Shown here piece by piece: positions 10,174 to 20,241 of a DNA stretch of 64,000 bases. The stretch is from positions 99,723 through 163,722 of the forward strand of contig JAFSAU010000016.1 in the NCBI GenBank assembly GCA_017442155.1, read 5' to 3'. The notes below the pieces were generated by a model. The model had not been told where the DNA came from, searched no databases, and worked only from the letters and a program-made list of their open reading frames with translations. The stretch is from Clostridia bacterium. Its GTDB lineage: Bacteria; Bacillota; Clostridia; UMGS1883; UMGS1540. The translations under genes and the position numbers were made by a program. Numbering within the stretch: the first letter of the stretch is position 1; the number at the start of each line of letters is the position of its first letter.

Positions 10174-11040
10174 ATGGAACAGCATTTTTCAAACGCACAA
10201 CGGGCAGAGGTTCTGACACAGGCACTGCCTTACATACAAAAATATAATGGAAAAATCGTGGTCGTGAAATACGGCGGTAACGCTATGATTAACGAACACC
10301 TCAAGGAACAGGTCATGGAAGATATCGTGCTTCTTTCTCTTATTGGAGTAAAAGTTGTGCTTGTTCATGGCGGAGGACCCGAAATCAGTGAGACTATGAC
10401 GAGGCTGGGAAAGGAAGCAGTGTTTGTGGATGGTCTCCGCGTCACGGATAAGGAGACAATTGATATTGTACAGATGGTGCTGGCAGGAAAGGTAAACAAA
10501 AGTCTTGTAAACCTCCTGGAAATGAAGGGAGGTACTGCAATGGGTATTTCCGGTATTGACGGCCGTCTGATTGAAGCAAAAATCAAGAATGAAAAGCTTG
10601 GATTTGTAGGTACGATTACAGGTGTCAATATCGCGCCGGTAACAGATCTTCTGGAAAAAGGGTACATTCCTGTTGTCTCCACGGTGGGCTGTGATAAGGA
10701 GGGTAATACCTACAATATCAACGGTGATACGGCTGCGGCCTTTATTGCCGGTGCACTCGGTGCCGAGCGGCTTATTATGATGACAGACATTGCCGGCATT
10801 CTTAGAGATAAGGATGACGAGGATACCTTAATCCGTGAACTGACAATTGCGGAAGCAGAAACATTGAAGAGCGAGGGCGTTATTTCCGGCGGCATGATTC
10901 CGAAGGTTGACTGTTGCATTGAAGCTATCGACGAGGGTGTAAAAAATGTGACAATTATGGATGGCCGCGTACCCCATTCTATTCTGATGGAAATGCTGAC
11001 AGACGAAGGTGCAGGCACCATGGTACGGGGAGACAAATAA
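10174..11040 (+). CDS. argB: Acetylglutamate kinase
   Basis: AAK-family motifs VVKYGGNAM and VLVHGGGP. 288 aa. Confidence 0.9.
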   Translation: MEQHFSNAQRAEVLTQALPYIQKYNGKIVVVKYGGNAMINEHLKEQVMEDIVLLSLIGVKVVLVHGGGPEISETMTRLGKEAVFVDGLRVTDKETIDIVQMVLAGKVNKSLVNLLEMKGGTAMGISGIDGRLIEAKIKNEKLGFVGTITGVNIAPVTDLLEKGYIPVVSTVGCDKEGNTYNINGDTAAAFIAGALGAERLIMMTDIAGILRDKDDEDTLIRELTIAEAETLKSEGVISGGMIPKVDCCIEAIDEGVKNVTIMDGRVPHSILMEMLTDEGAGTMVRGDK

Positions 11041-11056
11041 GAAAGGAGTTTTTTTG

Positions 11057-12226
11057 TTGAACATTCAGGATATAGACAAAACCTTTGTTGCGGGCACATA
11101 TGCCCGCTTTCCCGTAGTACTTACCGAGGGCAAGGGATCCATAGTGTATGATGACACGGGAAAGGAATACATAGATTTAGGCACCGGTATTGCTGTAAAT
11201 ACGTTCGGAATTGCCGATACAGAGTGGGCAGATGCTGTCTCAGCACAGCTTACAAAGCTTCAGCATGTTTCAAATCTGTATTATACAGACCCCTGCGCGC
11301 TTCTTGCCAAGGCTCTCTGTGAAAGAACGGGATTTAAAAAAGTGTTTTTTGGGAATTCCGGGGCGGAGGCCAATGAGTGTGCAATTAAAGTGGCCAGAAA
11401 GTATGCCGCAGAAAAAAAGGGCGAGGACTATTATACGATTATTACGCTGCAGCAAAGCTTCCATGGCCGGACGCTTACCACACTGTCGGCCACGGGGCAG
11501 GACCATTTTCATAAGCTTTTTCAGCCGCTGACGCCAGGGTTTGTACACACACCGGCCAATGATTTTGAGACGTTGAAAAAAAACGTAAAGGAAAATAAAA
11601 CAGCGGCAGTTATGCTGGAGTGCGTTCAGGGCGAGGGCGGCGTGATGACGCTGGAGGATGACTTTGTAAAAAAGACAGCGGAACTTTGCAAAAAAGAGGA
11701 CGTGCTTCTTATTGTAGATGAAGTGCAGACAGGTAACGGACGGACAGGAAAGCTGTACGCCTATATGCACTTCGGTATTATGCCGGATATTATCACCACA
11801 GCAAAAGGTCTCGGAGGCGGTCTGCCGATTGGTGCAGCAATGCTGGGTGAAAAAGTAGAGAATGTTTTGGGCCCCGGCGATCATGGGTCCACCTTCGGCG
11901 GCAACCCTGCAGCCTGTGCGGGCGCACTGAATATTCTGTCCCGGATTGATGACGCACTTCTTGCCGGGGTGGAAGAAAAAAGTCGTTGGATTTTTGAAAT
12001 ACTGTCAGGTTCCGAGGGTGTGGAAGGTGTTTCGGGAAAAGGCCTGATGATTGGCATTAAAACGAAGAAGCCCGCCGCGGAAGTGGTTTCCGCTTGCCGG
12101 GAAAAAGGTGTTTTGTGCCTTACTGCAAAAGACAAGGTGCGGCTTCTGCCGGCCCTGAACATCCCGTTTGACATACTTAAAAAAGCGATTGGTATACTAC
12201 AGGAAGCCTGTAGGGAAGGAGCATAA
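11057..12226 (+). CDS. argD: Acetylornithine aminotransferase (class-III PLP aminotransferase)
   Basis: PLP-lysine context (…[12 protein letters not shown]…). TTG at 11057 after a GAAAGGAG RBS. The ORF-track start at 11009 would overlap argB. Confidence 0.85.
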   Translation: MNIQDIDKTFVAGTYARFPVVLTEGKGSIVYDDTGKEYIDLGTGIAVNTFGIADTEWADAVSAQLTKLQHVSNLYYTDPCALLAKALCERTGFKKVFFGNSGAEANECAIKVARKYAAEKKGEDYYTIITLQQSFHGRTLTTLSATGQDHFHKLFQPLTPGFVHTPANDFETLKKNVKENKTAAVMLECVQGEGGVMTLEDDFVKKTAELCKKEDVLLIVDEVQTGNGRTGKLYAYMHFGIMPDIITTAKGLGGGLPIGAAMLGEKVENVLGPGDHGSTFGGNPAACAGALNILSRIDDALLAGVEEKSRWIFEILSGSEGVEGVSGKGLMIGIKTKKPAAEVVSACREKGVLCLTAKDKVRLLPALNIPFDILKKAIGILQEACREGA

Positions 12227-12230
12227 CGCT

Positions 12231-13223
12231 ATGAATATAAATGATTTTAAAGGCAGAAGCTTTTTGAAGCTTCTCGACTTTTCTTCCGAAGAAATTCTAT
12301 TTTTGTTAAATCTCTCCCAAGAACTGAAAAGCAAAAAACAAAACGGTATTCCGCATAGAATGTGTGAAGGAAAAAACATTGCATTGGTTTTTGAAAAGAC
12401 AAGTACCCGTACCCGCTGCGCCTTTGAGGTAGCGGCGGCAGATTTGGGGATGCACCCGGTGTACCTTGATCCCTCTGGCTCCCAGATTGGGAAGAAGGAG
12501 AGCATTGCCGATACAGCCCGCGTTTTGGGTAGAATGTTTGATGGTATTGAATACAGGGGGTTCGGACAGGAAATTGTGGAAAAGCTGGCAGAATATGCCG
12601 GGGTTCCCGTATGGAATGGTCTTACAAATGAGTACCATCCCACGCAGATTTTAGCTGATTTTCTGACGATTCTTGAGCATTTTGGTGGCTTGCGCGGCAA
12701 AAAACTCGTCTATATGGGTGACGCACGCTATAATATGGGTAACTCGCTGATGGTGGGCTGTGCCAAAATGGGAATGCATTTTGTGGCCTGTGCACCAAAA
12801 GCGTATTTTCCTGCAGAAGAACTGATTCACACTTGCCAGGCAATTGCGGAGGAAACCGGTGCCACATTGGAATTCTGTGAAGATCCTATGGTAGCCACAA
12901 AGGATGCCGACGTAATCTATACTGACGTCTGGGTGTCCATGGGTGAGCCGGAATCGGTGTGGAAGGAGCGTATAGAGGCTCTTTCACCGTACAGCGTGAC
13001 GAAAAAAATTATGGAAAACGCCGGACCGCAGTGCCGATTTATGCATTGTTTACCAGCATTCCATGACCTGGATACTACCATAGGAAAGGAAATTTACGAA
13101 AAATTCGGTATCGGCCATATGGAGGTCTCAGATGAAGTGTTTGAGAGTGAACAGTCCATTGTTTTTGATGAAGCTGAAAACCGGATGCATACTATTAAAG
13201 CCGTTATGGCGGCTACACTCTGA
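12231..13223 (+). CDS. argF: Ornithine carbamoyltransferase
   Basis: Carbamoyl-phosphate binding STRTR motif and the HCLP motif. ATG at 12231 after GGAAGGAG. The ORF-track start at 12168 overlaps argD. Confidence 0.85.
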   Translation: MNINDFKGRSFLKLLDFSSEEILFLLNLSQELKSKKQNGIPHRMCEGKNIALVFEKTSTRTRCAFEVAAADLGMHPVYLDPSGSQIGKKESIADTARVLGRMFDGIEYRGFGQEIVEKLAEYAGVPVWNGLTNEYHPTQILADFLTILEHFGGLRGKKLVYMGDARYNMGNSLMVGCAKMGMHFVACAPKAYFPAEELIHTCQAIAEETGATLEFCEDPMVATKDADVIYTDVWVSMGEPESVWKERIEALSPYSVTKKIMENAGPQCRFMHCLPAFHDLDTTIGKEIYEKFGIGHMEVSDEVFESEQSIVFDEAENRMHTIKAVMAATL

Positions 13224-13234
13224 GGAGTAAAGTA

Positions 13235-14278
13235 ATGAAGAAAGCATATCTGATTTTAGAAAATAAAACAGTGCTGGAAGGAACGCGCATTGGTGCGGAA
13301 GGAGAGTCCTATGGAGAGCTGGTGTTCACCACGGGGGTTGTCGGTTATCTTGAAACACTGACAGATTCTGCCTTTGCAGGCCAGATTATACTGCAGTCCT
13401 TCCCACAGATAGGAAACTACGGTGTCATAGAGGAGGACCTTGAGGGACCCTGTCTTGCTGCAGGTTATGTGGTGCAGGACCTTTGTACATCTCCTTCAAA
13501 CTTTCGCGCAGAATATGACTTGAACACATACCTTAAAAAAGCAGGTGTTCCCGGCATTATGGGAATAGATACGCGAGCACTTGTGCGTCTTTTGGGACGG
13601 GAAGGAGCAATGAGAGCCTGCATTATGGATGCAGTTCCGGCCGATTTGGATTCTGTTTTTTCCAAGCCTTTACCCGCGACCTTGGCGGGATGTGCGGAAA
13701 AGAGGGTGATTCCGGCAAAGGGGATAAAAAAATACAATGTTTCCGTTTTAGATTTTGGGATATCGAAAAATATGCTTTCTGCACTCACAGAGAGGGGCTG
13801 TGAGGTGATGCTCTGGCCCAAAAACAGCACTGCGTCAGACATTCAGGCCGCAAAACCGGACGGGTTGCTGATTTCAGCAGGTCCCGGTGATCCGGAAGAT
13901 TACCCGGAGCAAACGGCCGAAATTAAAAAACTCATCGGTACGGTGCCAACCCTTGGTATCGGTCTCGGCCATCAGCTCTGCGCCCTTGCAATGGGTGGAA
14001 AAACAGAGAAGCTTTTCTGCGGGCACAGGGGTGCAAATCACCCGGTGAAAAGTGCAGACGGACGTGTTTATATTGTACAGCAGAATCACGGTTATACGGT
14101 GAAAAAAGAAAGCCTTCCTGGTGCAGGTGAACTTTTTATCAATTTGCATGACGGCACTAACGAGGGGCTTATATATCCGGAAAAAGGATGTTTTACGGTG
14201 CAGTTTTATCCTGTAGGACATACAGACTTTATCTGGGATGCTTTCATAAAAGAAATGGGAGGGAACGGCAATGCCTAA
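13235..14278 (+). CDS. carA: Carbamoyl-phosphate synthase small (glutaminase) subunit
   Basis: CPSase small-chain N-terminus plus a class-I glutamine amidotransferase domain (GIGLGHQL). Confidence 0.9.
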   Translation: MKKAYLILENKTVLEGTRIGAEGESYGELVFTTGVVGYLETLTDSAFAGQIILQSFPQIGNYGVIEEDLEGPCLAAGYVVQDLCTSPSNFRAEYDLNTYLKKAGVPGIMGIDTRALVRLLGREGAMRACIMDAVPADLDSVFSKPLPATLAGCAEKRVIPAKGIKKYNVSVLDFGISKNMLSALTERGCEVMLWPKNSTASDIQAAKPDGLLISAGPGDPEDYPEQTAEIKKLIGTVPTLGIGLGHQLCALAMGGKTEKLFCGHRGANHPVKSADGRVYIVQQNHGYTVKKESLPGAGELFINLHDGTNEGLIYPEKGCFTVQFYPVGHTDFIWDAFIKEMGGNGNA

Positions 14279-17200
14279 AGATAAATCCATTCAGAAGGTA
14301 CTGGTTATCGGTTCCGGTCCTATTGTTATTGGCCAGGCAGCAGAATTCGACTATGCAGGTGCGCAGGCTTGCCGTGTACTTCGGAGCGAGGGTATCAATG
14401 TTGTATTGGTAAATTCCAATCCTGCAACGATTATGACAGATAAAAATCTTGCAGATGAAATATATCTGGAGCCGCTTAATGCAGATACGGTGCGTCGCAT
14501 CATTGAAAAAGAACAGCCGGACGGCCTTCTGGCAGGCCTCGGTGGGCAGACGGGACTGACAATCGCCATGCAGCTGACTCGTGACGGCACTCTTGCAAAA
14601 AATGGGGTACGTTTGCTCGGTACTGATATCGATGCAATTGAGAAGGCGGAGGACAGGGAGCTGTTCCGGAATGCCATGCAGGAAATTGGACAGCCTGTAG
14701 TTCCGTCTGAAATTGCCACAACGGTCGAGGAAGCTTTGTCCGCGGCTGTGGGCATCGGTTATCCCGTTATTGTTCGTCCGGCCTTTACGCTGGGCGGAAG
14801 CGGCGGCGGTATTGCGGGTGATGAATCCGATTTACGGACAATTGCCAAAACGGGTCTTGATATGTCGCCCATTACCCAGGTGCTTATTGAAAAATGTATT
14901 TCCGGCTGGAAGGAAATTGAGTTTGAAACCATGCGCGATAGCGCGGGGAACGCTATTGCTGTCTGTTCTATGGAAAATGTGGACCCGGTGGGGATCCACA
15001 CCGGCGATTCCATTGTTGTTGCCCCTGCACTCACGCTTTCGCCTAAAGAATATACGATGCTTCATGATGCGGCACTGGATATGGTGGCCAAAATTGGCAT
15101 TGTGGGCGGCTGTAACTGTCAGTTTGCATTAAATCCGGATAGCTTTGAATATGCGGTGATTGAGGTAAATCCACGTGTTTCCCGTTCTTCAGCACTCGCT
15201 TCCAAGGCAACCGGATATCCGATTGCTAAAATCACAACCAAAATTGCCCTTGGATACACACTTGATGAAATTCAAAATGATATCACCGGCAGTACATCGG
15301 CTTGCTTTGAACCGACTGTGGATTATGTGGTGGTTAAGTTCCCTAAATGGCCCTTTGAAAAATTTGCCACGGCCAGTCGGGTACTTGGTACGCAGATGAA
15401 AGCCACGGGTGAGGTGATGGCGATTGCCCCTTCCTTTGAAGCTGCACTTATGAAGGCTGTGCGCGGAGCAGAAATTTCACTGGACACGCTGGATGCTAAA
15501 CCAATTTCAGATCTTTCACTTATGGAACGGCTTGCCGTAGCGGACGATCGCCGCATTTTCACGGTGTTTGAAGCAATTAAAAAAGGTGTTACCGTTGACG
15601 AAATTTTTGCAATTACAAAAATTGACCGGTGGTTTCTCAACAAAATAAAAAACCTTGCAGAGTTTGAAACAGAAATTAAAAACGGACTTTCGGACGAAAA
15701 GTATTGTCTCGGTAAAAAACTTGGGTATACGGATGCCGCACTGTCCCGTATATCCGGCCGCACGGATTTGCCGGAAGGCACTCTGTGCTATAAGAAGGTA
15801 GATACTTGTGCCGGAGAATATGAGGCAGTAAAGCCCTATTTTTATTCTGATTTTGGTGGAGAATGTGAAGCCAGAGGTTTTGTCCGCTCCGGCAAGCCGG
15901 TTATTATGGTGTTAGGTTCCGGACCGATTCGCATTGGTCAGGGAATTGAATTTGATTATAGTAGTGTGCATAGCGTATGGACACTGCAGAAAATGGGATA
16001 CGATGTGGTTATTGTCAATAATAATCCGGAGACAGTTTCCACGGACTATGATACGGCTGACCGCCTTTATTTCGAGCCGCTTTCGCCGGAAGATGTTATG
16101 CACATCATAAATATTGAAAAGCCCATCGGCGTCGTGGTGGCGTTCGGGGGACAGACGGCAATAAAGCTTACTAATTTTTTAGATAACGCCGGGATTCCCA
16201 TTTTAGGGACGTCTGCTGATGGAATTGACATGGCCGAAGACCGCGAGCGTTTCGATGCGTTACTTGAAAAATTTGGCATCCGCCGTCCGCGAGGTCTCGG
16301 GGTTCGCACGATGGAAGAAGCCTTAGAGGCGGCAAAATCCCTTGGATATCCGGTTTTGCTCCGTCCGTCGTACGTGATTGGCGGTCAGAACATGACGATT
16401 TCACGCGGCGATGAACAGACACGCCGGTATATGAAAGCAATTCTGTCCACGGGTATTGAAAATCCCGTGCTGGTTGATAAATATATGCCTGGGACAGAAC
16501 TTGAGGTTGACGTTATTTCTGACGGTGAGGACGTACTGATTCCCGGTATAATGGAGCATATAGAGCGCGCAGGCGTACATAGCGGTGATTCCATTGCGGT
16601 ATACCCGCCCTATAACCTCAGCGATAAATTGCTCGATAAAATCTGCCGTTCTGCAGAAAAACTGGCACTTGCACTGGGAACAAAAGGACTTGTCAATATT
16701 CAGTATTTAGTTTACCAGAATGAGCTGTATGTCATTGAGGTGAATCCCCGTGCTTCGCGCACAGTGCCTTATATCAGTAAGGTGACAAATGTGCCGATGG
16801 TGGACCTGGCCTCCAGGGTTATGCTTGGTGAAAAGCTGGCGGACCTTGGCTACGGAACGGGACTTTATCGAACACCGCCTTATTTTGCGGTTAAGGTACC
16901 GGTTTTTTCTTTTGAGAAGCTACACGATGCAAACTCTATGCTCAGTCCGGAAATGAAATCCACAGGAGAAGTGCTTGGTATTGGTAAAACTATGCCCGAA
17001 GCTTTGTTTAAAGGTCTTTCTGCCGCAGGTTTTGCGTTCCCGGACGAAAACGAGCGAGGCAGGACCGGTGTTCTTATCAGTGTGGAGGAAAGCGACTACG
17101 AGGAAAGTATTTCTCTTGCAAAGCGTTTCCACGACCTGGGAATTCATATTTATGCTACCACCGGCACTGCAGCGGCAATCCGCACATTAGGTATAGACGT

Positions 17201-18290
17201 TAAAGATGTGGAAAAAGAAAAAATTGAAGAACTGATGGAGGGTGGAAGTCTTTCGTATATTATTTATACCGGGGCGGTTAAAGACGGAACGGTTGGGGAC
17301 TATATTGCACTTCACAAACGGGCTATGCAGCTTGGTGTACCATGCCTTACCTCACTGGATACGGCCGGCGCACTGGCCGACATTATTGAAGGTCGTTTCA
17401 ATGGTGCAAATACGGAACTTGTGGATATCAATGCTATGCGTCCCTGGCGGAGGAAGATTCGTTTTGCAAAGATGCATTCTGCCGGAAATGATTATATTTT
17501 CATTGAGAATTTTGATGGAGGAATCACTTGCCCTGAGTCCCTTTGTGTCAGTCTCTGTGCACCACATTACGGTATCGGCGGCGATGGAATTGTACTGATT
17601 GAACGATCTTCTGTTGCAGATGCTAAAATGCGAATTTTCAACCGTGACGGCAGCGAAGGACGGATGGCAGGAAACAGCATCCGTTGTGTTGGTAAATATC
17701 TTTATGACAAAGGGTATGTTCGCAGTGAGTTTATTTCTGTGGAAACCTCCGGAAGCGTTAACCTTCTTCGGCTGTATCTTCGCGACGGTAAGGTCAGCAC
17801 GGTAACCGTGGATATGGGACGTGCCGACCTGAAAGCAGCGTCTATTCCGGCTTTAGTAAATGCAGAAACGTTGATAAATTATCCGCTGTCCGTTGGGGGT
17901 GACACCCATCGTGTAACCTGTGTTTCGCTGGGGAATCCACACTGTGTGCTGTTTTGTGACAGTATTGACGCCATCGATACGGCGGCGATCGGTCCGGCTT
18001 TTGAATATGCCGACGTATTTCCGGAGCGCGTGAATACAGAATTTGTTCGGGTTGTAAACAAAACGACACTTCGTATGCGTGTGTGGGAGAGAGGAAACGG
18101 CGAAACTCTTTCCTGCGGCACAGGGGCTTGTGCGGCGGTGGTGGCTGCTGTGGAAAATGGTTTTTGCGAAAAAAATACGGATGTGGTTGTAAAACTTCGT
18201 GGAGGGGATCTTGTGGTTAATTACAGCGATGAGCGTATTCTTCTCACTGGAAGTGCTGTCATGGTCTTTGAAGGTGAATTTGAATACTAA
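14271..18290 (+). CDS. carB: Carbamoyl-phosphate synthase large subunit (to about 17435) fused in frame to a diaminopimelate epimerase (DapF) domain (about 17436-18290)
   Basis: Two ATP-grasp halves and an MGS-like domain account for about 1055 aa. There is no stop codon before KMHSAGNDYIF…GIGGDG…NRDGSEGRMAGNSIRC…CGTGACAA, which is a full DapF fold. The first catalytic Cys of DapF (xCGNG) is replaced by Ala (MAGNS); the second (CGTGACA) is retained. Confidence 0.8.
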   Translation: MPKDKSIQKVLVIGSGPIVIGQAAEFDYAGAQACRVLRSEGINVVLVNSNPATIMTDKNLADEIYLEPLNADTVRRIIEKEQPDGLLAGLGGQTGLTIAMQLTRDGTLAKNGVRLLGTDIDAIEKAEDRELFRNAMQEIGQPVVPSEIATTVEEALSAAVGIGYPVIVRPAFTLGGSGGGIAGDESDLRTIAKTGLDMSPITQVLIEKCISGWKEIEFETMRDSAGNAIAVCSMENVDPVGIHTGDSIVVAPALTLSPKEYTMLHDAALDMVAKIGIVGGCNCQFALNPDSFEYAVIEVNPRVSRSSALASKATGYPIAKITTKIALGYTLDEIQNDITGSTSACFEPTVDYVVVKFPKWPFEKFATASRVLGTQMKATGEVMAIAPSFEAALMKAVRGAEISLDTLDAKPISDLSLMERLAVADDRRIFTVFEAIKKGVTVDEIFAITKIDRWFLNKIKNLAEFETEIKNGLSDEKYCLGKKLGYTDAALSRISGRTDLPEGTLCYKKVDTCAGEYEAVKPYFYSDFGGECEARGFVRSGKPVIMVLGSGPIRIGQGIEFDYSSVHSVWTLQKMGYDVVIVNNNPETVSTDYDTADRLYFEPLSPEDVMHIINIEKPIGVVVAFGGQTAIKLTNFLDNAGIPILGTSADGIDMAEDRERFDALLEKFGIRRPRGLGVRTMEEALEAAKSLGYPVLLRPSYVIGGQNMTISRGDEQTRRYMKAILSTGIENPVLVDKYMPGTELEVDVISDGEDVLIPGIMEHIERAGVHSGDSIAVYPPYNLSDKLLDKICRSAEKLALALGTKGLVNIQYLVYQNELYVIEVNPRASRTVPYISKVTNVPMVDLASRVMLGEKLADLGYGTGLYRTPPYFAVKVPVFSFEKLHDANSMLSPEMKSTGEVLGIGKTMPEALFKGLSAAGFAFPDENERGRTGVLISVEESDYEESISLAKRFHDLGIHIYATTGTAAAIRTLGIDVKDVEKEKIEELMEGGSLSYIIYTGAVKDGTVGDYIALHKRAMQLGVPCLTSLDTAGALADIIEGRFNGANTELVDINAMRPWRRKIRFAKMHSAGNDYIFIENFDGGITCPESLCVSLCAPHYGIGGDGIVLIERSSVADAKMRIFNRDGSEGRMAGNSIRCVGKYLYDKGYVRSEFISVETSGSVNLLRLYLRDGKVSTVTVDMGRADLKAASIPALVNAETLINYPLSVGGDTHRVTCVSLGNPHCVLFCDSIDAIDTAAIGPAFEYADVFPERVNTEFVRVVNKTTLRMRVWERGNGETLSCGTGACAAVVAAVENGFCEKNTDVVVKLRGGDLVVNYSDERILLTGSAVMVFEGEFEY

Positions 18291-18434
18291 TTCAGTTCAT
18301 TTCTGTCGTATGTGTGGGAACGAAAGTGTGTTTGTTTACGGCAACAGTCAGAATATGAAGAAGATTACAAATATCCTTTGGAAGAGGAATTTGCACTTTA
18401 TAGCAACAATGATTAAAACTCTAATATATACAAC

Positions 18435-18463
18435 ACAAACCCACCTGTAAATGGTGGGTTTGT
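18435..18463 (+). terminator. Rho-independent terminator after carB-dapF
   Basis: acaaacccacc-tgtaaat-ggtgggtttgt forms a perfect 11-bp stem. Confidence 0.5.
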
Positions 18464-18540
18464 CAGTAGTCTGATGCACATGCGATAAGTATGTGCATTT
18501 TTTTGTTTTTATAGGAAAGACTATGGTTGAGGTGAGAAAA

Positions 18541-20241
18541 ATGCAGACCTATTACCAGAAAAACCAAGCCGGAAGTCTGGATATTATTTTATACGTATCC
18601 GCGGAGGAAATGGGTATGGATTTCTCTTCGTTGAAAAATTTTTTTAAGACTTACGGGTGGGGAAAACGAAGAGTAGCACTTATAAGACGGGTTAAAATTG
18701 TTATTGCCGGCACAGTCGTACTTGTAATTCCGTTTTCTTTTTTTGCAAAAGTGGGAGCAAATGAGCGTTATGCCATGTCCTATGTCTATTATGGAACAGG
18801 GGAAGCACAATTGGAAAGTCTTTCAGTGGCAGAGGACACGCTCTCGGCAGTATCGCCCAGCTACTTTAATATCGCAAATGACGGCAGTCTGTCTTTGATC
18901 GGAATCAGTGAAATGTTTATTAACAAAATGCATGATTCAGGAATTGAGGTTGTCCCGTTTCTGAGTAACCACTGGGATCGCAAATCCGGTGAAAATGCAT
19001 TGAAAAACGGAGAGATGTTAGCGCGGGATGTAGCTTCTGCCGTCAAAAAATATAATCTCGATGGGGTAAATGTTGATATAGAAAATGTGACGGAGGAATA
19101 CAGGGCGATGTATACGGATTTTGTGCGTCGTCTCCGCGAGCTTCTACCAGACAATAAAGAGGTTTCTGTGGCTGTTGCGGCAAACCCATGGGGTGTGACA
19201 ACCGGATGGACCGGATCTTATGATTATGAGGGTCTTTCCAAAGTGTGTGACCACCTCTTTATTATGGCGTATGATGAGCATTACCAAGGGGGAGAAGCAG
19301 GAGCGGTAGCAGGGATTGATTTTGTGGAACAATGCATTCAGTATGCACTTACGCAGGCACCTGCAGAGAAACTTGTACTCGGTATACCCTTTTACGGAAG
19401 GATCTGGGGTGGTCCACTCCGTGGGTATGGCATTTCTCTACAGAAAATTGAGAGTCTTACGGAGCAGTACGAAACAAACGTACAGTTTGACACAAAAACA
19501 CAGACACCCGTTATGCTTCTTACGATAAAAGACGGGCAAGCGGGGCCTGTCATCGGAGGACAGAAGCTTTCTTCCGGCACATATATGATTCATTATGAAA
19601 ATGCGGATTCAATCAAAGCTAAGCTTTCATTGGCGGCAAAATACAATCTGAAGGGCGCGGGAAACTGGAGTGCCGGTCAGGAGACAGAGGATGTATGGGA
19701 CTATTATGAACTCTGGCTGAATGGAAAATATTTTTCGGATATCTCTGAACATTTTGCTAAGGACGAAATTTTACAGATTTCAGCAGAAGGTATTATGACA
19801 GGACAGACAGATACACTTTTTGCTCCATCGTCATATCTGTCGCGGGCAGAGGTTGCCGTTATCTGCACCCGTTTACTGACGCTTGCGAAGGGGACTGTTG
19901 TTTTTACTGATGTTCCCTCCGACCATTGGGCCTATGATGCCATACAAAGAGTGGAAAGAGAAGGCATTATGGTGGGGTATGAGGATGGGACTTTTCGGCC
20001 GGATGAACCGGTGACCCGTGCAGAGATGTCGCGACTTTTAGCAAGAATGGTGGAACAGACCTACGCAGGAGAAAGTGGTTTTTCTGATGTTTCGGATAGG
20101 CATTGGGCAAAGGAAGAAATATCGGCATTGGCGAGAATGGGTGTTCTCACAGGATATCCGGACAACACTTTCCGGCCGGATAATAAAATAAACCGCGGCG
20201 AAGCCGCGGTCATTTTACAGCGTATTAAAGAATGGTTATGA
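18541..20241 (+). CDS. GH18-family (chitinase-like) protein with an N-terminal membrane anchor and three C-terminal SLH domains
   Basis: GH18 motifs (DGVNVDIENV, …FIMAYDEHY…). Three SLH repeats (FSDISEHFAKDEI…, FTDVPSDHWAYDAIQ…, FSDVSDRHWAKEEI…). Start chosen at the ATG after GAGGTGA; the ORF track begins at 18493. Confidence 0.7.
   Translation: MQTYYQKNQAGSLDIILYVSAEEMGMDFSSLKNFFKTYGWGKRRVALIRRVKIVIAGTVVLVIPFSFFAKVGANERYAMSYVYYGTGEAQLESLSVAEDTLSAVSPSYFNIANDGSLSLIGISEMFINKMHDSGIEVVPFLSNHWDRKSGENALKNGEMLARDVASAVKKYNLDGVNVDIENVTEEYRAMYTDFVRRLRELLPDNKEVSVAVAANPWGVTTGWTGSYDYEGLSKVCDHLFIMAYDEHYQGGEAGAVAGIDFVEQCIQYALTQAPAEKLVLGIPFYGRIWGGPLRGYGISLQKIESLTEQYETNVQFDTKTQTPVMLLTIKDGQAGPVIGGQKLSSGTYMIHYENADSIKAKLSLAAKYNLKGAGNWSAGQETEDVWDYYELWLNGKYFSDISEHFAKDEILQISAEGIMTGQTDTLFAPSSYLSRAEVAVICTRLLTLAKGTVVFTDVPSDHWAYDAIQRVEREGIMVGYEDGTFRPDEPVTRAEMSRLLARMVEQTYAGESGFSDVSDRHWAKEEISALARMGVLTGYPDNTFRPDNKINRGEAAVILQRIKEWL

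Noticed and set aside
10365-11099. Minus-strand ORFs (105, 129, 78 aa) across argB/argD
   Set aside because: Antisense to strongly supported arg genes. Low-complexity Ser/Pro-rich frames.
17436-18290. Independent dapF gene starting at the internal ATG (MRPWRR… or KMHSAG)
   Set aside because: It is in the same frame as carB with no intervening stop. There is no adequately spaced Shine-Dalgarno: GGAGGA lies 17 nt upstream of the second ATG. A true fusion is the simpler reading, although low-level internal initiation cannot be excluded.
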